Assembly (NCBI RefSeq): GCF_006345805.1
Contig: NW_021833829.1
Location: forward strand, 1 to 55,323
Reading direction: 5' to 3'
Length of the DNA: 55,323 nt
Origin: Octopus sinensis
Taxonomy: Eukaryota
Numbering within the stretch: the first letter of the stretch is position 1; every line of letters starts with the position of its first letter. Shown in pieces: positions 1 to 13,880 of the stretch. The position numbers and the translations under genes were made by a program. The notes below the pieces were generated by a model that worked only from the letters and a program-made list of their open reading frames with translations, had not been told where the DNA came from and searched no databases.

Positions 1-114
1 TACTTAATTTATCGACCTCGAAAGGGCGGAATTTCAACTCAGAACGTAACGGCGGACGAAAAACCGTTAAGCATATCGCCCGGCATGCTAACAGTTCTGC
101 CAACTCGACGCCTT
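1..114 (-). mobile_element. tRNA-derived SINE family A, 5' part (truncated by the window edge)
   Basis: Reverse complement matches the family A head seen in fuller copies (taaggcggcgagctggcagaa...gttcaaattccgccgaggtcga). Confidence 0.75.
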
Positions 115-859
115 ATTCTGAGCCCAATTCTGATCTACGTATGCAATGGCTCGCTCTCGAGAAATAAATACAATTGAGCGTAGTGTATTAATTTGTCCGG
201 GTGCCTATAATGCTGTCAAGGTGATAGCCATCTACCGCTCCTTCCTCAAAGCATGAGAGACTATAAAGTGGAAAACCATATTTCTCAGTTGATAGAATAA
301 CTCCTCAACTCTCTCGCCTTTTACCCTCGTCGACATCTATATAGCAGTTTCTAGTTTAGGCGTAAGGAGTTTTCAGGTGAAGGAGTTAGTCGGTGCTGTT
401 TGACCTAAAACTTGACTGCTACTTTATTTTATCAAACACTAGAGGCTGAAAACCGAAGTTCATTTCACAGAGATTTCAACTCGGGAGGTAAGCAATTTTT
501 GCGATGAACCAACAAATCTGCCAGCTCATTCTTAGTCGCATCAGATTGCCAACCGTACGTTTCTCAGCTGAAATTCTTAGCTATGCCTAAACCATTCCAC
601 TAAATCGGTGCGACAGCATTTATCAAATTATATACTTGATTTTCTCTCTTGCACTCTCTTTTTTGTTATGGTAACGTACTTCAGTCACCCACTTTATTCA
701 CCACTCGCAACAGTGTAGAAAAACACATTTTTGACAGAAATGAAAGTAACTTGCCTAGAAAGTTGAGCACTCCGAACAAAATAGGTAGTAATGAACTATG
801 AAAGGTGCAGCAAAGACAAAAGTAATCTATACAGATATTGATTTCGAATTTTATCATAA

Positions 860-1062
860 GGCCATCAATTTCAGGTGTGGTGGGGTAGGTGCAAGTCGAT
901 TACATCGACCCTAGCGACCACTTGTACTTATTTTATCAACTTCGAAAAAATGAAAGGCAATGGGTTACGGTGGAATTTGAACTCAGGACGTAAAGACGGA
1001 CGAAATGCCGTGATCATTCTTGTCCGGCGCGCTAACGATTCTTCCATCTCCTCTCCACTCTA
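860..1062 (-). mobile_element. SINE family A, diverged copy
   Basis: Contains gtcgattacatcgacc...tacttattttatc...ggaatttgaactcaggacgtaaagacggacgaaatgcc, the reverse complement of the family A core. Confidence 0.65.
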
Positions 1063-1551
1063 AATTGACATAAATACGGTGTAGAGTAGGCAGAGAATGG
1101 TCTTGTTAGCCAGCATCTCTAGTGCTACACTAGTGATAGGAAGTGTATCCAATCATTCAAAATTTGTCCCAATCATGATATCAATAAATACAAGGGGTAT
1201 ACAGGACTAACATTTACCATCTTAATTATTCACACATTGGTCGGGTAAGCAGATGTGAGCATTGCGGCCGATAGATGATTTCACAAGCATCTCATCTTAG
1301 GTGCGGAAAACAGAACCACGGAACTGATTACCAGTCCCCGTCGCTCCGTCGGCAAAATCTCTTTCGATCTGCTGCATATCTTCCTGTCTGTCAGCATTAG
1401 CACAATGTCAAGTAGGTCTGGAGAATTTGTGGAGAGGCTGTTAAAGGTATGAAGCAGAACGTATGGTGTGTGAAACAGTTAAGGTAGAAAGAAGAATCTA
1501 CTAGACACATCAGAAGTAAAGATGGCGTATATACATACCATACATTGTATA

Positions 1552-1778
1552 CAGGTTTGGCCAAGAAATCCCTGGCAGTAAAACAAAACTGTTTGCTTCC
1601 AAGATTTATTTATGTTTAACAACTGAATGAATTTAATAAAAAACATCCAACATCACGAAAATTGTTCAAACTGAAGTCCTTCTTGAGTGATACTTTTTTT
1701 CCATTCGAGTTAATGCAGAATTACAGATAGCATTTATGGAATTTGGATTTACTGTCGGGTGACTTTCGGCCATCCTTG
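1552..1778. mobile_element. Small internally deleted mariner-like element
   Basis: Flanked by TA on both sides. Imperfect TIRs (caggtttggccaagaaatccctggcagtaaa vs caaggatggccgaaagtcacccgacagtaaa). Minus-strand WKKVITQEGLQF resembles a mariner transposase C-terminus. Confidence 0.5.
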
Positions 1779-2694
1779 TATATTCATACTTTGTATATAT
1801 TCACGCAAGCATACAGATACAAAAAATCTATAACGCATACATACAGAGATTGTAGATTATACCAGAAATAACAATCAGAGCCTTCCGCTTACAAATAAAT
1901 AATAACCTACAATAGAATTGCATTACCAGGACTGATATTAATATTTCGGATACTCGGTTGTCCATGAGAGGAAATCCGCCCCATAAACATTAAAATCACA
2001 AACTGTATATGTCCACAAATGCCATAATTCATCTCGGAAGAAAAAAGGGAGGAAGAGTCTGAGAATCGGTACAGATAACCATTGAATGCTGTTTGATATC
2101 ATTCAGACAGTGTCTGCTAATCAATGGCAGCAAAATTAATTACAAGAACGAAGTACTGAAAATGAAGTGAGTTGCTTGCGGGTCGTTAGCGAACTCCACA
2201 CTAAACATTGATTGCTTGATGACTTCCCATGTGAACTGAAATGTGCAAGAGTAGTATATCTCAACAAAGACATCGGGGAACAAAAAAGCATTCTGCGCAC
2301 CAGAAGACGTTCTGCATTATGTTTTCCATAAACTTCAGGATGATATTAATAATTCTTTCTACTTTTGGCACCAGACATGAATTTTGTTTGTGTGTGTGAG
2401 GGGGGAGATGATTACCTCAGTGATCAATTGCTACTTATTTTATCGAATACGAGAGACTAAAAGCAAAGCTGACTTCGGCGGAATTTGAACATGATGGCGT
2501 AAATTTGGCTTTCAACATTTCAGGGTCGATCTGGCACTGGAGGCGATGTATTCGATTAAAGGCCATGAAGCTATCATAGAAAGAAGTATCATTAAGGCGT
2601 CGAGCCTTGTTTGTCCCCTCTATGTTTAGCCCCTTGTGGTCAATATAGAAATAAGAAACGTTAGCACGCCGGACGAAGTGCTTATCGGTTTTCT

Positions 2695-3275
2695 AAAGGC
2701 GGCGAGCTGGCAGAATCGTTAGCACGTCGGGCGAAATGCTTAGCGGTATTTCGGCTGCCGTTACGTTGTGAGTTCAAATTCCGCCGAGGTCGACTTTGCC
2801 TTTCATCCTTTCGGGGTCGATAAATTAAGTACCAGTTAAGCACTGGGGTCGATATAATCGACTTAATAACTATGTCTGTCCATGTTTGTCCCCTCTATGT
2901 TTAGCCCCTTGTGGGTAATAATGAAATAGGTTTTCGTATGTCTTTACGTTCTGAGTTCAAATTCTGCCGAGGTCGACTTTGCCTTTCATCCTTTCGGGGT
3001 CGATAAATTAAGTACCAGTTGCGTACTGGGGTCGATCTAATCGACTGGCCTCTTCCGTCCAAATTTCGGGCCTTGTAACTAGAGTGGAAAATGATATTAC
3101 CGCGCCGGCAAAAATTTCCCCTTTTAATGTTCTGAATTGAAATTCCGCAGAAGTCTACTTAGCCGTTCATCCTATCCGGCTCGATAAATTAAGTACCAGT
3201 TACACATTGGAGAAGATGTAATCGACTAGGAACCTCCCTGCCAAATTTCAGGCCTTGTGCCTATAGTTGAAAAGT
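2695..3275 (+). mobile_element. SINE family A, multimeric copy (three internal units)
   Basis: A tRNA-like head with B box (gttcaaattcc) is followed by repeated gtcgactttgcctttcatcctttcggggtcgataaattaagtaccagtt units at ~2790, ~2975 and (diverged) ~3155. Confidence 0.85.
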
Positions 3276-3508
3276 TTATTAGAAACTGTTATTAATTATG
3301 AGCTCATTAATCGTTAATACATTATGTACTCAGCAGTCACATGGTACCTATTTGTAGTTTAGTCGACTGAGTCATTAAATGACATGCAACATTTCTGTGG
3401 GGGTGGCTGGGGAAGCAGGACTAAGTAATAAAGCACCCAACAATTGCGACAGTTTGTATTTTTCTCGGGGTTTTTTTTCGATTAAACATGTCTTTGCGTG
3501 TCTATTAG

Positions 3509-4265
3509 TATGTGTGTGTGTGTGGAATTTTGTGTGACTCATCTCTCTCTCTCTCTCTCTCTCTAGCTGTTACCTTTCTATCTATCTTTTTTCCCACGTT
3601 GTCTTCGTCCCCATGAGTGTGTGTGTGAATGTGTGTGGTTGTACGCGCATGCGAGTGTGTGTAAGCGTGAGAGATGTGTCTGTCTTTGACTGCGTCTTCA
3701 TATTTGTGACGATGTCTCGCTTGTGTATATATTTATGTGTGTGTCTGTGTCTGTGTGTGTGTTCTGCGTCTGTATCTGCTGTGTGTGTTTCTATGCTATT
3801 GTCTGCATGTGAGTGTGTGTGAATCTGCCTGTGTCTGTATCAAATCTGTTGTGTGCGCCTGTCAGTCATTTTTTTCTCTTTCTGTCCCTCTTTCTTTCTC
3901 AATCTCTCTCTCTCTCTTTCTTTCTCGCTGATTCTCTCTCTTTCTCTCCGTCTTTCTTTTTAGATATGATTTTGTGTGTGCACGTGCGTGTGTGTGTGTG
4001 TGTGGCTTTATCTGTGTTGTGTGTGCGTGTGTACACTCTTTGTATATGTGTGTGCTCTGTGTGTGATTTGTTTGTGTATCTGTGTGTGCGTGTGCGTGTG
4101 TCCGTGCGTGCACACTGTGTGTGCTCTGTATTGTGTGTGTGTGTAAGCTGAGTTGTGTGAGAGTATTATGCTTGCTCTGTGTACGTTTGTGTCTACATCT
4201 ACATGTATGCATGTGTGCGTGTGTTTTTGTCTATTCTCCGTGTGTGCTTGTGTGTGCGTGTGTAT
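3509..4265. repeat. Degenerate (GT)n/(CT)n compound microsatellite
   Basis: Long imperfect TG and TC runs; the source of the CVCV-type ORFs. Confidence 0.9.
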
Positions 4266-4554
4266 CTGGCCTTTGAGTGCATCTGCATTTTACTACGTCC
4301 ATTGCTATTTCTGTTCATTCAACGCATTTTCATACTTTTAATCAAAATCTCAAAATTTAGTATAAAATTTAATGCAAGAAGACATTGATCTTTTCTAATA
4401 GATAAATAAAACCGATACCTTTGACTTCCAACGTTTGATGGAATCTAACAATTTTTACCAACAGAAAATCGCATTTTCCCTACAAAACTTTTGAATTCAT
4501 ACGAATTTGTGTAAACATATTCAATTCCTCTTTTTAATATATTTCCTCATGTTA

Positions 4555-4692
4555 AGGCGGCGAGCCAACAGAATCGTTAACACGCCGTGCAATATGCTTA
4601 GCAGCGTTTCGTCCGTCTTCACATTCTGAACTCAAATTCCACTGAAGTCGACTTTGACTTTTATCCTTTCGATGTCAATAAAATTAAATACA
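4555..4692 (+). mobile_element. SINE family A fragment
   Basis: taaggcggcgagccaacagaatcgttaacacgccg...ctcaaattccactgaagtcgactttgac. Confidence 0.7.
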
Positions 4693-5035
4693 ACATCCTG
4701 CTAACGATGGATGTTTTTACTTACTGCCTGTGATTATTTTCAACACTCTGTTCTATTTTATTTTTGTTTACTACCTGTGTTGCATATTACACCGCTTTAT
4801 TTTGGGGGTTTGCGGGGTTTTTTTGATGGGGGGGGGGGCTGATCGCCTTTCCAATGCCTATTGTAATTGCGACCTCATTTCATGGACTTTCCTTTATTAC
4901 TAAGTGCCAATAGCAATTATACATTTTACGCTTATCAATTGAAACTTCTAACTGCAGGCTAATTCAACTTAAACTGTCCACAGGAGTACACCATTGCAAT
5001 AAATTACACGGTGCAAAGGGCGGGTGGATTTGCTA

Positions 5036-5114
<79 letters not shown>

Positions 5115-5168
5115 TTTATATATATATACATATATATGTGTGTGTATTTGTATATCTACTTTTCTTGC

Positions 5169-5230
<62 letters not shown>

Positions 5231-6399
5231 CATATGTACATGTATATGCTTGCAATAAAGGCCGAAGGCAGATGATCAAAGAATATCACCATTTGCTAAG
5301 GAGGCCGTTTCCGACGAGCTTCTGAGTTGCTAAAAGCCATTATTTGTCACTAAAAGATTACCTCCGTGACAAACACACGCGCACGCACACACATACAGAC
5401 ACACATACACTCACACACATACATTCCCACACGCTCACACTCGCACGCACGCGCGCACACACGTTATGTGTGTGTGTACGTGTGTGTATGTGTGTCTGTA
5501 TCTATTTGAGGTCTGGTTTTCTTTTTTGTTTGTAGTTTTGTAAATTCAAAATACATTTCAATTCAAATTTTAAAAAAATATTTCGTTAGAATTATTTCCA
5601 ATTTCTAATGTCACTTTGTTTTTCAATTTAGAAATTAAAGTTTTTTATACTATTTGCGTACAACTAACACGATGTAATATTTATATATATTTTATGCTAT
5701 AGCATTACTTTTAGCTTGTTTGTCAATTTGATTTCCGGCGCGAAACGTGTTAATTAATATCACGAACATGATTAAGAGTAACTATGTTAGTTATCCATGA
5801 CTTTTAACATCTAAATAATCTCAAATATCGAAAAAAAAAACGTTTACTTCTCAGACAACTGCCATTGTATTCTGCTTTAATTAGAAGCTCATTATATCTT
5901 CATCTGAGTATGTTTCCAAGAACGGATATATGTATTTAAGTACATACAAATACGCATATCCACACGTATATCTACACACACACATTCTTTATTTCTTTAT
6001 TTCTGAATTAAGGCTACCATTTGGTCCATGTTAAGAAAAGCAGAAGTTTTGTCCGGTTTGACCGTCACAGCTATAATTAATATAGTTTTTGTAGAATAAT
6101 TCAACAGAGAAGTGTCCAAAGTGCTCGAAATATGATATATTATTCAAACGATAAGAGTATATGGAAAGAGACAGAAAAAGGACCTCTAAATAACAGCAGA
6201 ACATCTAGATGAAGGGTTAAATGTCTCAGTGTAGCAGCGCTTGTCAGAATTTAAGGTTTTTTTTTTACCTCTCTCGAAAATTTTTTGCAATTGCTCAGAA
6301 AGCTAAAACATAATATGATGCATTTATTTCTGCTAATGAATAACGTAGTAACCTAAATTTATAGTGCTTACACAAAATAACAAATATTGGTATCAATTT

Positions 6400-6822
6400 T
6401 GACGCAAGGCCAGCAATATTAGGCATCTGTGCAAGTCTATTACGTTGACTCCAGTCCTCAACTGGTAGTAATTTTATCGACCCGAAATGATGAAATCAAA
6501 GTCACTCCCGGCAATATTTCAACTCAGAACGTAATACCGACACAAATGGCGCTAAGCATTTTGCCCTGTACGTTATCGGTTATGTCAGCTTACTACCTTA
6601 AACAACAACAAATATTGGTTTCAAATTTTGGAACAATGTAAGCAATTTCGGAGTAGGTTCGATCCCAGTGAACAATTGGTAGATAACTACCAATTATCGA
6701 TCCCGAATAGATGAAACGCGAAATCGATCTCTGCGGAATTTGAACTCAGATCGTAAAGACGGATGAAAGGACGCCAAGAATTTTGTCCCGTTGGCTAACG
6801 GTTCTGCCAGCTCGCCCCTATA
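6400..6822 (-). mobile_element. Two adjacent diverged SINE family A copies
   Basis: Two reverse-complement core matches (tttatcgacccgaaa...tttcaactcagaacgta and atcgatcccgaa...ggaatttgaactcaga...ccagctcgccccta). Confidence 0.6.
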
Positions 6823-7329
6823 AGAAATAGTGATAACATATTTCCATCTCGATACAACCATAATTGATGATAGTTTTGATACTTATCATTTGAGATAAGT
6901 AATTAAATCAAGAGGTGAGGGAATGAGAGAACGTTTCCAAAGGTTGATTACGTCGCTAATCTTAGCTACGTTTAGAAATAGAGCTGCAATTAAGAACAAT
7001 AGAGCGTTCTTTAAGAACAAACCAGAGCAAAATGGTTCATATGATGTTGTTCCACAATGTTTTATAAGTAACCCGGAAACCTTTTGAGAGTACTAAACAA
7101 GCGCTCAAAGGAATCAGACGTCGCAGAAATCCTCAGTAGTATTTGATCTACAGTTCTAACGAAGTATTCAGTGCTGAGAAAATGTGTAGTTCCTTAAGGA
7201 ATAATTTAACCCTTCCTGAATCTGTGAGTATATTTATCTCCTATTGGTTCAAATATCTTTTTCCTGTGACCCTACGGTTGATGTTACAATATTCAGGTGA
7301 AATATAAGACGCAATAATAGAGAATTAGA

Positions 7330-7820
7330 AATTAGAAAAATGAAGTAGAATATACTTCACTGGTAGAAAAAGAAAGGAAAGTGTAAAACATATTAGCTTT
7401 CATCCTGCGAAACAGAGAACTGAGAGTTATTTATGCTAACACTATGAAAATAAGACAAGTTATGGCATCATTGCGAGATAATAAGTGCAATAGAATATGA
7501 ATCTAGCAGACTAGACGCTAAAGTGTGTACCAACATGTAATAATGATAGTAAATAAAGTTTTAAAAATGAGTTAGAAAGGCTGCTGGAATAACTTATAGA
7601 CGATAAGATTTATTGATGATACTAATCGGAGCTAAACGGCAGGTGGAAACAATGTTAATGTACCCTGCTCAGTGGACGACTTGACAATGATTGATTATTC
7701 TCCGTGTATAAAGAGAGCAATATGATGCAGAATTGTGCAGGTATTCAATGCTACTCGAAATGAAAGACAAGGAAGAAAAGTTTCTCATCTAAGGAATGTA
7801 TTATTTACAGTACAGCTGAA
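7330..7820 (+). pseudogene. Possible highly decayed LINE APE-endonuclease relic (RTE-like)
   Basis: Frame-hopping translation gives VCxPTCNNDSK*SFKNELERLLE...IGxLNGxVGNN, resembling the YAPT...F..L...GDLNAxVG region of LINE endonucleases; many stops. Confidence 0.3.
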
Positions 7821-7831
7821 GCTAATGGGGA

Positions 7832-9610
7832 ACAAATATGCAACCGACTAAATTAGTAAGATCTACCTTGGGAGTATGTAGATATAAACGGAATTTCTGT
7901 GAAATTAAAATCAAGTGAAATGAATGGCATATGTACAGAGATACATAAAGAATAAATTCTACACCCTTTTGTAAGGCCACTGGGAGCAGAAACAATGTCT
8001 GTTATGGCCCTGGCTGCAGAAACATTAAATAATATTGTACAGCTTCCTTTGTGTTGACTGAAATATACACATGGGTTAATTTTTAAGAGGACGGTTATAA
8101 TTCAGTTTCGTCAGTTATAATTCAAAACAGACTGTCACTTAACTTTATCGACCTGTGCTGGATAAAAAGCAAGAAAGGAACAAGTGTCCATTAATGTATT
8201 TTGTGTACAGCGTTCTGTATAGTATCTGATGGTTTATCATTGCATCAAAATTATTTAGATAAGTTTAACTTCATAATTTTGATACGAGTCTACCCTGTAC
8301 TGTTCTCTCTCATCCTTCCTTTCTCTAATCCTTTTTTCTCCCCTTCACCGTTTTCTATTTCTCTCTCTGTCTTTCTGTCTCTCTCTTTTTTCTCCTTTAC
8401 TCTTTCTCTCTCGTTGGTCACACGTGACCATCGTCCATCTTTCTTTTCCTCCCAATTTCAACTTTCTTTTCAGTCAATCTGTCGTACAAACCACACAAAT
8501 ATGCAACCGACTAAATTAGTAAGATCTACCTTGGAAGTAAGTAGATATAAACGTAATTTCTGTGAAATTAAAATCAAGGGAAATGAATGGCATATGTACA
8601 GAGTTACATAACGAATAAATTCTTCACGCTTTTATAAGGCCGCTGGGAGCACAAACAATATCTGTTATGGCCCTGGCTGCAGAAACATTAAATAATCATG
8701 TACAGCTTCCTTTGTGTTGACTGAAATATTTCCATCTTCATCGGATTTTTCATTTGGCTTACTCGGCTTACTGGAAATGTTTATTATTCTGTTATTGAAT
8801 AACTTTCGTTTTCTGTATTGATACAATTATGCATAGCTTCATTCTCTGCAGTTTCAATAAGCTGTCTTCACAGTTTCTTTACATTTCATAAAAGGCTTAA
8901 TATTTATGTAAGGCCAGCGAATGTTATAGAGTGGGGTATACTCGATTACATTGACTCCCGTACTCAACTAATCGACCTCAATGACATTTGAACAAAAATG
9001 CTAAATATCTTTTTCGACGAGCTGAATAGACTTCAGGATATCTACCTCTATCATTTCATTAATAGATTCTATATTGTCCAAAACTTGATAACAGTTGATC
9101 GTCAGCATAGGAAAGTAACGGATAAAAAACTTATAGAAAATGGATATTTATACGAAATTGAATGTAACCTTGAATATGATATCATGAATGTTAAAAAAAA
9201 CGTGGGGTGTAATCGAATAGCCATTGAGTAACACTAACTAATTCTGACATAAATAAACACATGGGTTAATTTTTAAGGGGACAGGTTTCGTCAGTTATAA
9301 TTCAAAACAGACTGTCACTTAACTTTATCGACCTGTACTGGATAAAAAAGGAAGAAAGGAACAAGTGTCCATTAATGTATTTTGTGCACAGCATTCTGTA
9401 TAATATCTGATGGTTTATCATTGCATCAAAATTATTTAGATAAGTTTATCTTCATAATTTTGATGCGAGTCTACCCTGTACTCTTCTCTCTCATCCTTTC
9501 TCTAATTCTCATTTCTCCCCTTCACAGTTTTCTGTCTTTCTGTCTCTTTCTTTATTTCTCCTTTTCTCTATCTGGTTACTAACACGTTACCATCGCCCAT
9601 CTTTCTTTTG
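7832..9610 (+). repeat. Old tandem duplication (~620-bp unit); the second copy carries 527 bp extra
   Basis: 7832-8066 matches 8495-8729, and 8067-~8450 matches 9257-~9610, with scattered substitutions. 8730-9256 has no counterpart in the first copy. Confidence 0.85.
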
Positions 9611-9644
9611 CTCTCGTGGTCATCTTTCTTTTTCGTCATTCTGA

Positions 9645-10516
9645 TGGTCGTTTTTCTTCTAGCGCTGACATAAGGCTCTCAAGTTGCACGCAGAAGATCT
9701 CCTTTGTTATTGTTTAGTTTAGGTTAAAAGTTCAAAATGGACTAAACCTTTCATATCCCACCAAACAGATAATAACACCTTACGTGGGTGACAATCTTCT
9801 TTCGCTTGGGTTGCCAGTGTTTCACCTTTCCCTACCCACTGTCTTCGGTGCTTGACATATTTATAGAGAAGCTATTTCTCGCCACCAGTCACTATACAGT
9901 CCAAAAAACTTCATTAGTGAGACGTGACTGCAAAGAAAAGCATTTATTCACTCTCTACACATGGTTAGATTCAGAAAGTTTGTGAGGAACCCATTGACAC
10001 AATTTGCTGATTTCTCCGATGACACGCAGGTGTCTATGAAAGTTTGAATGACTAAATCCAAGCTTTTCTGCTAGTTCCTTAACATTTACGATGGCATTTT
10101 TTTTTCCACCAGGATTTGCAGTACGTCCTCATCGAGCTCTACAGACTTTCCAGGACGAGGTTCGTCTTCTAGGTTGTAACTTTTCAAGTCTAGAATTTCT
10201 GGGACATCCGTTGACACTGGCTTACGCCTATTCTCCAACAACCATATACATATACTGCATTAATATACCTCGCGCTTTCTGTTGGGTTGTTGCCTTCATT
10301 AAACTAAAAAAAGCAAATTGTACCGAACATGCTCCTTTGACACTTCCATTATAACTTTGTAAAAATAACAGTTAAAATTGAACTGCACTCTCAAAACTGT
10401 CACTAAGAATAAGTACTAGTTAAAATTACTACCTGTTTTTATTGCAAGTTAATCACATCCCCCTCCGAATTCTAGTTCATGGAATTGAAAAACCGCATTA
10501 TTTATGGAATGACCCA

Positions 10517-10517
<1 letters not shown>
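9645..10517 (-). mobile_element. Mariner DNA transposon, 3'-truncated, transposase pseudogene
   Basis: 5' TIR ctgggtcattccataaataatgcggtttttc next to TA. Start codon at 10349 (MEVSKEHVRY...). Motifs LEDEPRPGK, QWVPHKL, IVTGGEK, KVLLSVWWDMKG and LEEKRP, with stops and frameshifts. Confidence 0.9.
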
Positions 10518-10549
<32 letters not shown>

Positions 10550-10594
10550 CATAATTAAATCTCAGAATGAGATTGAAACAGTAATCGCTCGATA

Positions 10595-10917
<323 letters not shown>

Positions 10918-10926
10918 ATACATACA

Positions 10927-10958
<32 letters not shown>

Positions 10959-11007
10959 CATACATGCATGCATATATACATACATACATGCATACATACA
11001 TGCACAC

Positions 11008-11148
11008 ACGACTTCTTTCAGTTTCCGTCAAGCAAATTCAATCACAAAGCTTGCACCAGATAATAGTAGATAATAATTACTCATAGCAATGGGACTGAAC
11101 CTGGAACCATTTTGTTATGAAGCAAGTTTCTTACCACATAGCCATGCC
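11008..11148 (-). mobile_element. SINE family D head, diverged
   Basis: Reverse complement of ggctatgtggtaagaaacttgctt...ggttccaggttcagtccca...ggaaactgaaagaagtcgt, continuing into a (TA/TG) microsatellite as in other family D copies. Confidence 0.6.
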
Positions 11149-11969
11149 CGGATCTTTAAGAGAACAAGCTTTAACAAGTTCATTAAAGTACAAATTTTAC
11201 TGAGTTCATAAGAGTACGACTTTTATTGAATTCACTCGAGTAGAAGAATAATAGTCAGCTGATCTGCATGAGTATTACGACACTTCCACTATCTCGTATT
11301 GAAACAGGTGGGTATGACTCTGAACAGACGTTGTTTAATGCTAATTCGGTTTTGTTCTGTGGTGCTTTATACTATAAATACCAGGGTGACTCTTCACAAT
11401 GAGTCATTATGAATCAGTAACAACAAATCGTTTGATATCAAACGAACAGGATATCCGTGCAGCAGTTTTCGTGATTTTATTTCTGTATATTGCTTCTACA
11501 TAAATGGTTATTGGTTACATTATCTATGCATATAATCGATATCACAAGGTGATGTTTCACGGAGATATCAATACAACTAGGAGAGGCTGGCTACAGAAAA
11601 ACATTAAAACATAAAATAATAAACACAACGGAAAAAGAAAATAAAAGTTCACTGTTGTGATAAATATAGAAATAAAGGCAAAATTGGCAGAGACGGTAAG
11701 AGCGAAGAACATGATTCCCCACCTTTCATGTAAAGTCGTTCTGAGTTCAAATCACCCCGAAGTCAAAATTGCTTTTCAAAGTATTGTGATCGATAAAATA
11801 AAGGTTTCAAAAATTCTTTATGTGAATTCGTGTATTGAAGCATATTTTGTGGCTTATTATTTAAAACACTCACCGGTTCAGTTTCCACTCATTTGCTTAT
11901 TTATTTTTTTCTAAAATGTTCGTTGCATCTTGCATCCTTTTCAATAGTCGTTGATTCAGTGACTATTAA

Positions 11970-12214
<245 letters not shown>

Positions 12215-13450
12215 ATTAGATGACAAAAAGAATGGTTTATAACAGGTATCTTACTGGTAAAGCACAGTCACTTTCACAGTGTTCTTTATGTATTTTGTTA
12301 ATGAGAAACCTGGCAGAATCGCTACTGCACCGGACAGGACGTTTGGCGGCATTTCTTCCCTCTCTCGTTAAACAAATATATATATAAATATGTATATTTA
12401 TGCTAATTTTCCTTGGGTTCATTGTTTCACGATCATTCCTGAATACATTAAACAACATTCTAAGTCCTCATTGATATCCACCATTGTACCTACCAGTCTC
12501 TATCTACAAGCCTTGATACTTCACTATGCATAAATACATACAAATACAAGAATATATGTGTCTCTAACGACCGAAAACCTACATAACTGCATCGGTATAT
12601 CTATATATTCCTGTCTACATTATTTGTGGGAGCAGAAAGAAAAAAAGCAGATTTATGCGAAATCAGGTCGAATTAATTTCTACTGCAAAACTTTCAAATA
12701 CAGCTTTGGAAGAATGTACGTCCGTTATTAACGGCATATGTGTGCACACACATACAAACACATATATACACCCATACATCACCAAGCAGTACCTTCCTTC
12801 CAGAATAAATGCTTAAAAGCACATTCATCTACACAAACACACAACACACGTGTGTGTGTGTGTGTTAAAGTGAATATGCACTGTTAGTCGTTGAAGTGTA
12901 AAAGATATACCAACGAAAGTGATCGTTATATAGAATAACGATGCCTTTTCACTCCAACATTTTTATATTCTGAAGACATTGAGCTCGCAGAATCCTTACT
13001 TTGCCGGGCAAAATACTTAACGTATTTTCTTCCGACTTTATGTTCTGATTCAACTTTACATTTCACCCTTTCGGAATCGTCAATATAAGTACCAGTTGCA
13101 CACTGCGACTGATGTACACTTACCCTGAAACTGCTGGCCTCGTCTCGAAATTTGAAACCAATATTCAAATATTCTTCAATAAAACATATATATATATACA
13201 TATATACAATAGATGTAAAACATTTGAAGCTCGAAGAATTGAACAATATGTCTTGAAACGAGCACTTCGTAGACAGGACGTAACTACAATCCCAGACACT
13301 TCTCTGTTTAAAAATATTTGTAAGATCTGCAATAGAGTTTCTTTGTCAAGAGCACAACTTACTAGCTAGTCATATAAGATCTCATGACAGTATTTAGCAA
13401 CTGAAAAATGGTCTTCTTCTGTAAGGAAGTGGCAATCATCATTATCATCT

Positions 13451-13481
<31 letters not shown>

Positions 13482-13739
13482 TATATATATATAAAATTAA
13501 ATATACAACCGAAAAAGCTACTAATGGTTTCATGCTATTATGATACATGAACAGGCATATTTATGAAGTATGTCATGCAACTTAAGGCAATCTTTCAGGC
13601 TCTGCGCGTTATATAAATTTTTAAAATTCAAAGATGCTAGTCAGTAAGAAAATAAGCAACATGTGGGGAAAGAAAAAACGCCAAGAAAGTCCGTGCAAAA
13701 AATGGAACGAGAAAAAAGAAACGAAATCAACAATTACGA

Positions 13740-13880
13740 TATATTTCTTTATTGCCCACAAGGGGCTAAATATAGAGAGGACAAACAAGGACAGACAAAG
13801 GGATTAAGTCGATTACATCGACCTCAGTGCGAAACTGGTACTTTTATTTATCGACCCCGAAAGGTTGAAAGGCAAACATC
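13740..13880 (-). mobile_element. SINE family A 3' part
   Basis: tttctttattgcccacaaggggctaaa...gacaaacaaggacagac...gtcgattacatcgacc...tttattatcgaccccgaaagg. Confidence 0.75.

Noticed and set aside
1100-1480. CR1/L2-like LINE relic on the minus strand
   Set aside because: Only a vague resemblance to an endonuclease C-terminus, with no diagnostic motif intact.
2695-3275. CRISPR-like array of repeated gtcga...tcgac units
   Set aside because: The units are ~170-bp SINE modules without unique spacers, the context is eukaryotic, and there are no cas genes.
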